NCBI RefSeq assembly: GCF_900766005.1
Contig: NZ_CAAFTU010000082.1
Reading direction: 5' to 3' (one strand)
Length of the DNA: 64,000 bases
DNA from: an uncultured Bacteroides sp.
GTDB lineage: Bacteria; Bacteroidota; Bacteroidia; Bacteroidales; Bacteroidaceae
This document shows positions 20,106 to 31,181 of the stretch, one piece after another. Each line of letters begins with the position of its first letter. The first letter of the stretch is position 1. The position numbers and the translations under genes were made by a program. The notes beneath the pieces are model-generated. The model worked only from the letters and a program-made list of their open reading frames with translations, did no database searches and had not been told where the DNA came from.

Positions 20106-21356
20106 TTATTCCTCCCAAACCAAATAAGCTGAAACCAGCCAATGATTCAATTTATTGCCATCTACCTGTTGTGCCTCAGGGATACTTACCTTAAAAGAAT
20201 GTTTACCGGCCGACAAGTCACCAATAACAGCCTCCTCAGGCATCACATCGCTACCCGGACACCAATTGGAACGGGACAAATCCGAAGAAGCCAAAGGTTC
20301 TTCAATCTCTTTTGTCGTATACCCCTTATCACCTATATATGCGGCAACTCGTGGTATCAGCCATACTCCCGTGGCCGGATTAAAACGGCGGAAAGAAGCA
20401 CAGTCATCACGCCAAGGAATGAAATTCAACACCTCCTTGCCATCAACAGACACGATGTTCCGTTTCTCCACAAACTCATCTCCGCCACTATGTCCTCCGT
20501 GACCTGTTACAATATACTTCAAACGAACATTCTTGGCAGCTTTCGGCATATCAAAATCCATCACCACATCTTTGCGTGAGAAAATATCCGGATAAGTCTG
20601 TCCGATATAATACACCGTATTCATCAAAGGCTTCACACGGCGCTCCGGCATCACGTCGCAAGTGATCTTACTCTCCTTCACATCCAATTCCATACTGGCC
20701 ACATACCCCTCGGCAGTCCATGTATCAATATAAATTCCCACGTATGCCTCTCTCTCCAATGCCGGATAAAGATCGGTAATATCCTGCACCCAAGTCACAC
20801 TCTTTTCCCATTTCGGGATATATACAGGACGCCTCTTGCTGCTCAAAGAATCATTATCCGAACTATAATACCCCACACCGAACGGGGTCATAAAACGCAT
20901 CAGTTCAAGGGTAGGCACATAATCCTGACCCGGAACAATACCAATCATTTTTTCATATTTGGTACTGTCTACCGCAGGAAACGCCCTCTTGCCTTCGGCT
21001 ATATTCATCAGATTAATCACCGATTCTTTGGGAAGCACAAAACAAGAGCCAGATTTATCCCAACGGTCACCATTGGAAGCTACAGTTACTTTCAGAGTAA
21101 CATCCACATCCCTTTTATAATCGGGCAAGGTTATTTTCTTTAAAATGATACGCCCGTTTACCAGACGGATCACTCCGTCAGCATTGGCAGGAGTATAATT
21201 AGGGAAAGAATCGGGACGAAAACAAACAGGGGTTTTGTCGAATACTTGAATATGAGTATTTCCCAATGCCGGTAATTCTTTGTGATTTGCAGCATCGGCC
21301 GGCATCATAAAAGTTGCCGCCACAGCCAGTGGGGCAATAAAGGTCAGCAGGTTCAT
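20106..21356 (-). CDS. Peptide-N-glycosidase F family protein
   Basis: [35 protein letters not shown]; signal peptide. Confidence 0.85.
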
Positions 21357-21404
21357 TCTTTTTAATTATAGGTTAGTAATCAAGGGTATATAAATTAATT
21401 TCAC

Positions 21405-21457
21405 AAAAAACTACACGGACCTACACAAATCGTCCGATCTGTATAAATCCATGTAGT
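21405..21457 (-). terminator. Long hairpin terminator after the DUF4301 gene
   Basis: ACTACATGGATTTATACAGATCG-GA-CGATTTGTGTAGGTCCGTGTAGT followed by a U tract. Confidence 0.7.
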
Positions 21458-21475
21458 CTATAATAAAAAAAGGAA

Positions 21476-22993
21476 TTATTGATGCTGTTCACGCAACAAA
21501 TCATTCACAGTCTTCACCGGATTAAAGGTACTCAACGGCACTTCAACAAAAACAGTGTTCCAGTCACTCATTGCGCCGTTCCACAAGCCCGGAAGCTCCA
21601 ATGCTTTCAGTTCTCTACCGTTCTTTGATTTATAAGAGATAAAACCTGTAGCCTTATCCACATACTTCACCAAGTCGAATTTGTTTCCTTTATAATCGCG
21701 TACCGCACACACCAAATCCACCGGATTAAAGTGAGTACCCTTCTCGAACATCTCTTTCTTGACCGGATCATTCATGTCAATCTGAGAACTTTCCAAAATT
21801 TGCAATGAAACAGTACCATCCGCATTATAAGCCAGGAACGGGCCGCCTCCCGGTTCACCCACATTCTTCACCATACCGCATACACGCATCGGACGGTTCA
21901 ACTTCTTACGCAGATAAATAACCAGGTCGGCATCTTCCAGATCCTTGATATCCAGTTTGCGGCAACATAAAGTCTGCTGTAAGAAACGAATGATCTCTTC
22001 CAGCTGCGCATGTGTATATTTACCGCCATCCAGTAATTCCAAATATTCAAATACCTGCTTCTGCAGAGTAACCAGTACCCCCGCAATCAGCTTTTTATAC
22101 GTAACAGTATCCTCTTTCAAGCGATCGGGAACCACATTATCTATATTCTTGATAAAGATAACATCGGCATCCAAATCATTCAGGTTCTCAATCAGCGCGC
22201 CGTGCCCCCCCGGACGGAACAACAGCTTGCCTTTATCGCGGAAAGGTTTGTTCTCCATATCGGCAGCAACCGTATCCGTACTCGGCTTCTGTTCAGAAAA
22301 CGACACATCATATTCCACCCCGTATTTCTTTGCATAAACGGCAACCTTCTCTTCCACCAGCTTTGTGAACAACTCACGATGTTCCGTAGAGACGGTGAAA
22401 TGCACATTCACTTTTCCGGTCTTGCCTGCCGCATACAACGCACCCTCCACCAAATGTTCTTCCAGCGGTGTACGCACACCATCCGCATACCGATGGAATT
22501 TCAACAACCCCTTCGGTAATGCCCCATAGTTCAAGCCGGCAGCTTCCAACAAATTGGCTACTATAGGTTTATACTCCTTCCCGGCCATCAAAGCATCAAT
22601 ATCCTTTCCTGTATTATCCATACAAGCCGCATTCAAGTCATTGTAGAATGCGAAGCTATGAATATGGTCGAAAAATTTCTTTTCGAAATCAGTCTTCGGA
22701 GTATTATAATCAGCCCCCAGGAATTCGAACAAATTCTTGAACATGCGGCTGGCAGCACCAGAGGCGGGTACAAACTTCACGATAGTTTTCTCCCCTTCCT
22801 TATATGTATCCCATGCTTCCAAATAATTTTTCATTTCATTTTCGGCGGGAGCCATGATTCCCTTTTCAACAGAAGCGGCTGCATCCAGCTTCAAAAATGG
22901 GAAACCCTTTTCAAAGCAAGCCAGTTGTTCTGCAATCTGCTGCTCGGAAATTCCTTTTTTCACTAATAAGTCTTTGTCTTCAGGTGTTAACAT
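21476..22993 (-). CDS. DUF4301 family protein (UDPGP-like fold)
   Basis: KFVPASGAASRMFK, RPGGHGAL, KNIDN, EPGGGPF, FNPVKTVNDLL. Confidence 0.85.
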   Translation of the reverse strand: MLTPEDKDLLVKKGISEQQIAEQLACFEKGFPFLKLDAAASVEKGIMAPAENEMKNYLEAWDTYKEGEKTIVKFVPASGAASRMFKNLFEFLGADYNTPKTDFEKKFFDHIHSFAFYNDLNAACMDNTGKDIDALMAGKEYKPIVANLLEAAGLNYGALPKGLLKFHRYADGVRTPLEEHLVEGALYAAGKTGKVNVHFTVSTEHRELFTKLVEEKVAVYAKKYGVEYDVSFSEQKPSTDTVAADMENKPFRDKGKLLFRPGGHGALIENLNDLDADVIFIKNIDNVVPDRLKEDTVTYKKLIAGVLVTLQKQVFEYLELLDGGKYTHAQLEEIIRFLQQTLCCRKLDIKDLEDADLVIYLRKKLNRPMRVCGMVKNVGEPGGGPFLAYNADGTVSLQILESSQIDMNDPVKKEMFEKGTHFNPVDLVCAVRDYKGNKFDLVKYVDKATGFISYKSKNGRELKALELPGLWNGAMSDWNTVFVEVPLSTFNPVKTVNDLLREQHQ

Positions 22994-23136
22994 AAGTACA
23001 TGATTTTATATGGTTTAAATAAATTGTTACCTTATTCTTTCACTATTAATTGCCCAAAAATACAAAAAAATGCGAGAACACTACCTAATAAATAAAGAAA
23101 AAAACTACCTTTACCCTCGAAAAGATTTCACGTGTT

Positions 23137-25350
23137 ATGGAAGAAAAAGCATTTTTCACAGCCAAAGAGCGTGAGCAACTGTTCGCCCTCTATAAACGAT
23201 TGCTGCAATTATCCGGCGACACCTTGCAGAAGGGTGATTGCCATAAGTTAAAAATACACCTCATAAAAGCAGTTGCCGAAGGTAACCTGCCACGAAATTG
23301 TTTCGGAATGAATCCTATCATCAAAGATATGCAGACCGCTGTCATCGTGGCCGAGGAAATTGGGATGAAACGGGCTTCCATCCTGGGGATCATGCTGCAC
23401 GAATCGGTAAAGAACCATTTATGCACCTTAGCATCTGTACAACAGGAATATGGAGAGGATGTAGCGGGGATCATACGCGGTCTTGTGAAAATCAATGAGC
23501 TATACTCCAAAAGCCCTACCATAGAATCGGAAAATTTCCGCAACCTGCTACTCTCCTTTGCCGAAGACATGCGTGTTATTCTGATCATCATTGCAGACCG
23601 CGTGAACCTGATGAGACAGATAAAGGAGACTCCCAATATAGAAGCACGCACCCAAGTAGCCAACGAAGCTGCCTATCTGTACGCACCACTGGCACACAAG
23701 CTGGGGCTATACAAACTGAAATCGGAACTGGAAGACCTTTCCTTGAAATATACCGAACACGACGTATATTATCATATAAAGGACAAACTGAACGAAACGA
23801 AAGCCTCCCGTGACAAATACATAGCCGCCTTTATCGAACCGATACAGCATAAGCTGGAAGAAGCAGGATTGAAGTTCCACATGAAAGGGCGTACCAAGTC
23901 CATCCATTCCATCTATCAGAAAATGAAGAAACAGAAATGTCCCTTCGAAGGAGTGTATGACTTGTTTGCCATCCGAATCATTCTGGACTCTCCCGTCGAC
24001 AAGGAAAAACAAGAATGCTGGCAGGTATATTCCATTGTGACCGATATGTATATGCCCAATCCCAAACGTCTGCGCGACTGGCTCTCCGTACCCAAAAGTA
24101 ACGGATACGAATCCTTGCATACCACTGTAATGGGGCCTGAAGGCAAATGGGTGGAAGTACAGATACGCACCGAACGCATGGACGAGATAGCGGAACGTGG
24201 TCTGGCAGCCCACTGGCGTTACAAAGGCGTAAAAGGAGAAAGCGGTCTGGATGAATGGCTGACCTCCATCCGGGAAACACTGGAGAACGCCGACAGTGAC
24301 CTGGAAGTGATGGACCAGTTCAAACTGGAATTATACGAAGACGAAGTATTCGTATTCACCCCCAAAGGTGACTTGTACAAGATGCCGAAAGGAGCGACCG
24401 TACTGGACTTTGCTTTCGCCATCCACAGCAAACTGGGGTCCAAGTGTATCGGAGCAAAGGTGAACGGAAAGAACGCACAATTAAAGCAAACGCTGAACAG
24501 CGGTGACCAGGTAGAAGTCATGACTTCAAACACCCAGACACCCAAACGCGACTGGCTGAACATCGTCACCACTTCGAAGGCAAGAACCAAAATACGCCAG
24601 GCCATCAAAGAGATAGAAGCCCGCCAGACAGAGTTCGCCAAAGAAACCATAGAACGTAAATTCAAGAACCGCAAACTGGAATACGATGAAGCAGTGATGA
24701 TGCGCCTGATAAAAAAGCTGGGATACAAAACCGTAACCGAGTTCTACCAGGACATAGCCAACGAGACAAGAGATGCGAACGACATCATCGAAAAATACCT
24801 GGAACTGAAGAAAAAGGAAACGGAAAACCGGGAAGATATTGTCTATCGCAGCGCCGAGAATTTCAGCATGCAGACAGCACAGGACGACAAGACCTTCAAA
24901 GAGGACGTACTGGTCATTGATCAGAATTTGAAAGGACTGGACTTCAAATTAGCCAAATGCTGTAACCCTATCTATGGCGATGATGTATTCGGATTTGTAA
25001 CCATCAGCGGAGGAATCAAAATACACCGTACCGACTGTCCTAACGCACGGGAGTTGCAATCACGTTTCGCCTACCGTATCGTAAAGGCGCGTTGGGCTGG
25101 GAAAAGCCACGGCAAACAATACCCCATCACGCTGCGCATCGTTGGCCATGACGATATAGGAATTGTGACAAATATCACCTCCATTATCAATAAGGAAAAC
25201 GATATCCTGCTCCGTTCCATCAGTATCGACTCGCACGACGGGCTGTTCAGCGGCATGATGACCGTAATGGTAGATGATACTTCAAAGCTGGAATCATTAG
25301 TAAAAAAGATAAAGACAGTAAAAGGAGTAAAACAGGTAAACAGAGGATAA
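23137..25350 (+). CDS. relA: Long RelA/SpoT homolog with degenerate HD domain
   Basis: APLAHKLG, NGYESLHT, EVQIRT, TGS (DFAFAIH), ZFD (AKCC), ACT; LHESVK in place of LHDxxED. Confidence 0.93.
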   Translation: MEEKAFFTAKEREQLFALYKRLLQLSGDTLQKGDCHKLKIHLIKAVAEGNLPRNCFGMNPIIKDMQTAVIVAEEIGMKRASILGIMLHESVKNHLCTLASVQQEYGEDVAGIIRGLVKINELYSKSPTIESENFRNLLLSFAEDMRVILIIIADRVNLMRQIKETPNIEARTQVANEAAYLYAPLAHKLGLYKLKSELEDLSLKYTEHDVYYHIKDKLNETKASRDKYIAAFIEPIQHKLEEAGLKFHMKGRTKSIHSIYQKMKKQKCPFEGVYDLFAIRIILDSPVDKEKQECWQVYSIVTDMYMPNPKRLRDWLSVPKSNGYESLHTTVMGPEGKWVEVQIRTERMDEIAERGLAAHWRYKGVKGESGLDEWLTSIRETLENADSDLEVMDQFKLELYEDEVFVFTPKGDLYKMPKGATVLDFAFAIHSKLGSKCIGAKVNGKNAQLKQTLNSGDQVEVMTSNTQTPKRDWLNIVTTSKARTKIRQAIKEIEARQTEFAKETIERKFKNRKLEYDEAVMMRLIKKLGYKTVTEFYQDIANETRDANDIIEKYLELKKKETENREDIVYRSAENFSMQTAQDDKTFKEDVLVIDQNLKGLDFKLAKCCNPIYGDDVFGFVTISGGIKIHRTDCPNARELQSRFAYRIVKARWAGKSHGKQYPITLRIVGHDDIGIVTNITSIINKENDILLRSISIDSHDGLFSGMMTVMVDDTSKLESLVKKIKTVKGVKQVNRG

Positions 25351-25371
25351 ACTCACCCCAAACTTAAAAAA

Positions 25372-25725
25372 ATGAATGAACTGCATAAACGACTAAAAAG
25401 CTTTACATACGCCTGGAAAGGCGTATGTAGTTTTTTAAGCAAGGAACACAATGCCTGGATACATTGCGCAGCCATCATCGCCGTAACCATTGCAGGCATC
25501 CGGTTTGAAATAACACGCACCGAATGGCTTGTCGTCCTCCTGTGCTTTGCAATGGTACTGGCTGCCGAAGCATTCAACACAGCCATAGAACGCCTGGTAA
25601 ACCTGGTATCACCAGACTACCATCCTATAGCCGGAGACGTAAAGGACATAGCGGCAGGAGCCGTACTGATTTGCGCTATCTTTGCCGCCCTCATAGGGTT
25701 GATTATCTTTGTCCCTTATTTTTAA
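25372..25725 (+). CDS. dgkA: Diacylglycerol/undecaprenol kinase family
   Basis: SFTYAWKG, EAFNTAIE, KDIAAGAV. Confidence 0.9.
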   Translation: MNELHKRLKSFTYAWKGVCSFLSKEHNAWIHCAAIIAVTIAGIRFEITRTEWLVVLLCFAMVLAAEAFNTAIERLVNLVSPDYHPIAGDVKDIAAGAVLICAIFAALIGLIIFVPYF

Positions 25726-25819
25726 AGGTGTTAATTTACCATTTATTTCACTAACAGTTAAAGACCTTTTATAAAAAAAACAGTAATTTAGCCCCGATAA
25801 TTTTTAAAAAGTGGAACTA

Positions 25820-26233
25820 ATGAAGAAAATTTTGCTTTCAACATTATTGTTGATTATAGGGTTAACCACATACGCAGCCGTATGGCAATCTCAAGGAGAA
25901 GCAGAAATAACCTTTGAGAAAACAACACATAACTTCGGTTCATTCCCCGAGTCTAGCCCGAAAGTTACTTGCGTTTTCAAATTCAAAAATTCGGGAGACG
26001 GTCCCTTGGTCATTCATCAAGCGATCGCATCTTGCGGATGTACTGTTCCCCAATATCCTAAAGAGCCCATCAAACCGGGTGAAAGTGGACAGATAACAGT
26101 GACTTATAATGGAGCCGGCAAATTTCCGGGACATTTCAAGAAATCAATCACTATCCGCACAAACGGGAAAAATGAAATGACACGTCTTTATATAGAAGGT
26201 GATATGACCCCGAAAAGCACAGTTGCAGAATAG
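25820..26233 (+). CDS. DUF1573 domain protein
   Basis: HNFG..F.FKN.G..PLVI...ASCGCT. Confidence 0.9.
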   Translation: MKKILLSTLLLIIGLTTYAAVWQSQGEAEITFEKTTHNFGSFPESSPKVTCVFKFKNSGDGPLVIHQAIASCGCTVPQYPKEPIKPGESGQITVTYNGAGKFPGHFKKSITIRTNGKNEMTRLYIEGDMTPKSTVAE

Positions 26234-26251
26234 AATTCTCACATCATAAGA

Positions 26252-26304
26252 GAGAGGATGTATCAAAACAAAAGAAGATTCGAGTTTGATACATCCTCTT
26301 TTTA
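26252..26304 (+). terminator. Intrinsic terminator
   Basis: AGAGGATGTATCAAA ... TTTGATACATCCTCT-TTTT. Confidence 0.75.
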
Positions 26305-26441
26305 TATCCGGAAAACACTGCCCCGCCTGCCTGTATCCAAGTAAAGACAAAAAAATAAGAAAAAAAGAACATTTTTCCCCAATAATAAGCCACTCTTATT
26401 CTGATTAAAATAACGTACTTTGCAGCAAATTTAAGAGAACA

Positions 26442-27248
26442 ATGACAAACAAGCTATTATTCTTTGTCCTGCTGGCCCTCTGTTTCAGTGGCTGTGACAT
26501 GCTGGAAACCCATCCATACGATGTACATATTACAGGAGAAAGAGAACTGACCAACAAAAACATCCAGTTGATAGAAAACAAAATGCAAGGCAAAAAAACA
26601 ATCCGCTTTGCCATGATCAGTGATACCCAACGATGGTACAACTCTACCGAAGATGTTGTAAAAGCCCTCAATGCCCGTGGTGACATAGACTTTGTCATTC
26701 ACGGAGGAGACCAGTCCGATTTCGGCGTCACAAAAGAATTCATATGGATGCGGGACATATTTAACAAATTCCAGATGCCCTACGTATGCCTTTTAGGCAA
26801 CCACGACTGTCTGGGTACAGGTGAAGACGCATACAGAGCCATTTATGGAGATCCCAACTTCGCCTTCACAGCCGGAAATGTACGCTTTATCTGCCTCAAT
26901 ACCAATGCGATGGAATATGATTATTCGGAACCGGTTCCCGATTTCAATTTTATAGAAAATGAACTGAACAACCTGTCGCCTGAAATAGAAAAAACGGTAT
27001 TCGCAATGCACGTAAAACCTTTTGAATTTGTATTCAACAACAATGTAGCAAAAATCTTCCAACTATACGTCAACCAGTTCCCCAAAGTCCAGTTCTGTCT
27101 TTACGGCCATGAACACAAATTCGCAGTAGATGATCTATTCAACGACGGAGTTCTGTATTTCCAATGCCCCTGCATAGACAAACGCATCTACTTATTATTC
27201 ACCATTAAAGAAGATGGAACCTACGATTATGAAACAGTTGAATTTTAA
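26442..27248 (+). CDS. Calcineurin-like metallophosphoesterase lipoprotein
   Basis: ISDTQ, HGGD, LGNHD, GHEH; lipobox FSGC. Confidence 0.9.
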   Translation: MTNKLLFFVLLALCFSGCDMLETHPYDVHITGERELTNKNIQLIENKMQGKKTIRFAMISDTQRWYNSTEDVVKALNARGDIDFVIHGGDQSDFGVTKEFIWMRDIFNKFQMPYVCLLGNHDCLGTGEDAYRAIYGDPNFAFTAGNVRFICLNTNAMEYDYSEPVPDFNFIENELNNLSPEIEKTVFAMHVKPFEFVFNNNVAKIFQLYVNQFPKVQFCLYGHEHKFAVDDLFNDGVLYFQCPCIDKRIYLLFTIKEDGTYDYETVEF

Positions 27249-27975
27249 AAAGATATTTCTGAACCTATTGTGGCCACTATTGCCTTTTACGGCACAAGCC
27301 CAAGAAAATAATACACTTTACTCCATCTTATCCAAAGACAGCATACTTGTCTCCTCTCCTTCCGTTCAAAACCAAGAGGAAGATATTGTAACCCAAATGC
27401 CAAACCGGCACCATAAATACGACAAGCGCGTACACCGTTACAGGCGTGCGTGGGAAGCTTTGATCCCCACCCACACCAAATTACAGTACGCCGGTGGAAT
27501 GGGCCTGTTATCCTGGGGCATAGGCTGGGATTATGGAAAAAGAGGCCAATGGGAAACCGATCTTCTTTTGGGCTTCATCCCCCGCTACTCATCCAAACAT
27601 TTCAAGATGACCATGACCTTGAAACAGAATTATATCCCGTGGAGTATCTGGCTGGGCAAAGACTTCTCGCTAGAACCGCTGACTACCGGAATCTATTTCA
27701 ACACCGTATTCAGCGATGATTTCTGGACAAGCGAACCTGAGCGCTATCCCCGTGGATACTACGGATTTTCCACCCGTATCCGCACCCATATCTTTCTGGG
27801 ACAACGCGTCCGTTTCGATGTGCCCGAAAAGTACCGGAAGTTCTCTAAAAGCATCACCGCATTCTACGAAATCAGCACATGCGATTTATACGTTGTCAGT
27901 GCGTTCAACAACAGTTATTTGAAACCCGATGACTATCTGAGACTATCATTTGGATTGAAATTTCAGATATTCTAA
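27229..27975 (+). CDS. Hypothetical exported/outer-membrane protein overlapping the phosphoesterase gene
   Basis: Signal peptide AQA; amphipathic strands; terminal Phe. Confidence 0.7.
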   Translation: MKQLNFKKIFLNLLWPLLPFTAQAQENNTLYSILSKDSILVSSPSVQNQEEDIVTQMPNRHHKYDKRVHRYRRAWEALIPTHTKLQYAGGMGLLSWGIGWDYGKRGQWETDLLLGFIPRYSSKHFKMTMTLKQNYIPWSIWLGKDFSLEPLTTGIYFNTVFSDDFWTSEPERYPRGYYGFSTRIRTHIFLGQRVRFDVPEKYRKFSKSITAFYEISTCDLYVVSAFNNSYLKPDDYLRLSFGLKFQIF

Positions 27976-28060
27976 TCAAATCATGAGGATGTTTCTCTAT
28001 TTTTTCACTATTTTTGGGCATTTATTATGATAAATTTCAAAAATAACAACATAGAGAAAC

Positions 28061-30052
28061 ATGAAACAAGAAGAAGAAAAATCGGTTGGATTGCCCGATA
28101 ACGCGTTCCGACCTCTGAAACCGGGGGAACAATATCACCCCATCATGTCACCAAACAAAAAATATCCCGAAGTAAACCTATGGTCTGTGCTATGGGGTAT
28201 CGCCATGGCGGTATTATTCTCGGCGGCCGCAGCTTACCTGGGATTAAAAGTGGGACAGGTTTTTGAAGCCGCCATCCCTATCGCCATCATCGCCGTAGGT
28301 GTATCGGGAGCCGCCAAGCATAAAAACGCGTTAGGTGAGAATGTCATCATCCAATCCATCGGTGCCTGTTCGGGAGTCATAGTGGCAGGAGCCATCTTCA
28401 CATTGCCCGCCCTTTATATATTGCAGGACAAATACCCCGAAATGACAGTCAACTTCTTTCAGATGTTTGTCAGCTCACTGCTGGGAGGTATTTTGGGGAT
28501 CCTGTTCCTCATCCCCTTCCGTAAATATTTCGTCAGCGACAAACATGGCGAATATCCCTTCCCCGAAGCCACTGCCAGTACGCAAGTGCTTGTTTCCGGC
28601 GAGAAAGGCGGAAGCCAGGCAAAGCCATTGCTTTTTGCAGGACTAATAGGAGGTCTGTACGATTTCATTGTAGCCACATTCGGCTGGTGGAATGAAAACT
28701 TCACCACCCGCGTATGCGGCTGGGGTGAGATGGTTGCCGAAAAAGCCAAACTGGTGATGAAAATAAACACCGGTGCAGCAGTATTAGGCCTAGGCTATAT
28801 TGTCGGCTTGAAATACGCGGCTATCATTTGTGCCGGTTCATTGGTGGTATGGCTGGTTATTGTTCCAGGTATGGCCCTGTTGTTCGGCGACCAAGTGCTG
28901 AATGCATGGAATCCGGCCTTGACACAAACCATCAGCGAAATGTCACCCGAAGTTATATTCAAGGAATATGCCAAAAGTATCGGTATTGGTGGTATCGCCA
29001 TGGCCGGTGTGATCGGTATCGTGCGCTCATGGGGCATTATAAAGAGTGCTGTGGGACTGGCCGCCAAAGAGATGGGCGGCAAGAAGGTGGAAGCAAACGT
29101 CATCCGCACGCAGAAAGACCTTTCCATGAAAATAATCGCCTTCGGGTCCATCTTCACCATCCTGCTGATCTTACTGTTCTTCTTTTTTGATGTGATGCAT
29201 GGAAATGTATTACACAGCATTGTAGCCATCCTGCTCGTAGCCGGCATTGCATTCCTGTTCACCACCGTAGCAGCCAACGCTATCGCCATAGTCGGCACTA
29301 ACCCTGTATCGGGAATGACACTGATGACACTGATACTTGCCTCAGTAGTAATGGTTGCCGTTGGACTGAAAGGTGCTACCGGCATGGTTGCTGCACTGGT
29401 TATGGGTGGTGTGGTTTGTACGGCACTCTCTATGGCAGGCGGATTCATCACAGACTTGAAAATAGGTTACTGGCTGGGCAGTACTCCTGCCAAACAGGAA
29501 ACATGGAAATTCCTCGGCACACTAGTATCGGCAGCAACTGTGGGCGGCGTCATCATGATCCTGAACAAGACCTACGGCTTCTCCACCGGCGCATTGGCAG
29601 CTCCGCAGGCCAACGCGATGGCAGCCGTAATAGACCCGCTGATGAACGGTGTAGGCGCTCCCTGGCTGCTTTACGGAATAGGCGCTGTGCTGGCATTGGT
29701 GCTGACCTACTTCAAAGTACCCGCACTGGCTTTTGCGCTGGGTATGTTCATTCCACTGGAATTGAACCTGCCGTTGCTGGTAGGTGGAGCGGTGAACTGG
29801 TATGTCACTACCCGCAGCAAAGACGAGGCAGTGAATGCCGAACGTGGCGAGAAGGGAACTTTGCTGGCATCCGGATTCATAGCCGGAGGCGCATTGATGG
29901 GGGTTGTCAGTGCCGCCATGCGCTTTGGCGGTATCAATCTGATCAACGAAGAATGGCTGAGCAACCCGTTGAGCGAAGTGCTGTCAATGGCCGCCTATAT
30001 CCTCCTGATCATATGGCTGGTTAAAGCCAGTATGCATATAAAGAAAAAATAA
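28061..30052 (+). CDS. OPT family oligopeptide transporter
   Basis: YLGLKVG, FPEATA, NPVSGMT, DLKIGYWLG, APQANAM. Confidence 0.93.
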   Translation: MKQEEEKSVGLPDNAFRPLKPGEQYHPIMSPNKKYPEVNLWSVLWGIAMAVLFSAAAAYLGLKVGQVFEAAIPIAIIAVGVSGAAKHKNALGENVIIQSIGACSGVIVAGAIFTLPALYILQDKYPEMTVNFFQMFVSSLLGGILGILFLIPFRKYFVSDKHGEYPFPEATASTQVLVSGEKGGSQAKPLLFAGLIGGLYDFIVATFGWWNENFTTRVCGWGEMVAEKAKLVMKINTGAAVLGLGYIVGLKYAAIICAGSLVVWLVIVPGMALLFGDQVLNAWNPALTQTISEMSPEVIFKEYAKSIGIGGIAMAGVIGIVRSWGIIKSAVGLAAKEMGGKKVEANVIRTQKDLSMKIIAFGSIFTILLILLFFFFDVMHGNVLHSIVAILLVAGIAFLFTTVAANAIAIVGTNPVSGMTLMTLILASVVMVAVGLKGATGMVAALVMGGVVCTALSMAGGFITDLKIGYWLGSTPAKQETWKFLGTLVSAATVGGVIMILNKTYGFSTGALAAPQANAMAAVIDPLMNGVGAPWLLYGIGAVLALVLTYFKVPALAFALGMFIPLELNLPLLVGGAVNWYVTTRSKDEAVNAERGEKGTLLASGFIAGGALMGVVSAAMRFGGINLINEEWLSNPLSEVLSMAAYILLIIWLVKASMHIKKK

Positions 30053-30085
30053 CCCTTTTTCAAATACCGTGAAAATAAAAGCTAT

Positions 30086-30931
30086 ATGAAACGAATCTTA
30101 CTAATGAGTTTACTTGCAATCTCTACCGCATTATCTGCCCAGAAACCTGTAGAGTTGGAATTATGGCCCGATGGCGCCCCCAACTCCAACGGCATCACCA
30201 CTCCCGAGCAGAAATTAGAGAACAACCGGATTTCCAATGTCAGTGAGCCTACCCTTACCATTTATCCGGCAGCCAAACCGAACGGACTGGCTGTCGTGGC
30301 TTGTCCCGGAGGGGGATACATACGCCTGGCAATGAATCACGAAGGGCACGATATGGCAGACTGGTTCAACGCACAAGGCATCACATACGCCGTATTGAAA
30401 TACCGTATGCCAAACGGACACCATGATGTACCGTTGAGCGACGCCCATCAGGCTATCCGGCTGATGAGAGAACACGCCAACGAATGGCATATTCAAAAAG
30501 TGGGTATCATGGGGGCCTCTGCGGGCGGACATCTGGCCAGTACGGCAGCCACCCACTATACAGCCGGAACGCGTCCGGATTTTCAGATCCTGTTTTATCC
30601 CGTCATAAGCATGGATCTGTCCAACTGCCATAAGGGCTCACGTGACAATCTTTTAGGGAAAAGCCCGTCAGAAGAGCTAGTGAGACTTTACTCCAATGAA
30701 CTGCAAGTAACAGGCGACACTCCTCCCGCCTTCATCATGCATAGCAGCGATGACGGAGCTGTACCCGTCAGCAACAGCGTGAGCTATTACCTGGCGCTGG
30801 TAAAGAATAAAGTCCCTGCTTCCCTCCACACCTATCCTATCGGCGGCCACGGCTGGGGTTTCCGCGACAGCTTTACCTATAAGCGCCAATGGACGGGAGA
30901 ATTAGAAAAATGGCTGAGAGAAATACTGTAA
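30086..30931 (+). CDS. Secreted alpha/beta hydrolase (carbohydrate esterase-like)
   Basis: CPGGGY, GASAGGH, DDGAV, GGHGWG. Confidence 0.9.
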   Translation: MKRILLMSLLAISTALSAQKPVELELWPDGAPNSNGITTPEQKLENNRISNVSEPTLTIYPAAKPNGLAVVACPGGGYIRLAMNHEGHDMADWFNAQGITYAVLKYRMPNGHHDVPLSDAHQAIRLMREHANEWHIQKVGIMGASAGGHLASTAATHYTAGTRPDFQILFYPVISMDLSNCHKGSRDNLLGKSPSEELVRLYSNELQVTGDTPPAFIMHSSDDGAVPVSNSVSYYLALVKNKVPASLHTYPIGGHGWGFRDSFTYKRQWTGELEKWLREIL

Positions 30932-30999
30932 AAAAGCAAGGAGATGTGGCAAAACAAAAATGACTGCTCCGAAAAGTTACAGATAGTAATTATAACACT

Positions 31000-31150
31000 T
31001 ATTCATTGGCCATTACCTGTCACAGGTGTGGTATAAACGTATTTGAATACCTATGCGACATTATAGACCGTTGTGCCGCATGGCTTCCCAATATCTATAG
31101 AAAAATATCGTGATTTACTTCCGGGCAAATGGAAGCAGACACAAAAATAG
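31000..31150 (+). pseudogene. IS66-family transposase C-terminal relic (frameshifted)
   Basis: YSLAITCHRCGINVFEYLCDIIDRCAAWLPN /frameshift/ IEKYRDLLPGKWKQTQK* resembles the IS66 TnpC C-terminus (SL..TC...G.NP..YL.D...LLP..W). Confidence 0.8.
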
Positions 31151-31181
31151 CCGCCCCAAAATCCGGACGGCTATCTTTTTT
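31143..31181. terminator. Bidirectional terminator-like hairpin
   Basis: AAAAATAGCCGCC-ccaaaatcc-GGACGGCTATCTTTTTT. Confidence 0.6.

Noticed and set aside
31072..31083. 12-nt match to the REP-like core CCATGCGGCACA
   Set aside because: Lies within the IS66 relic coding frame (CAAW) and has no flanking arms; likely coincidental
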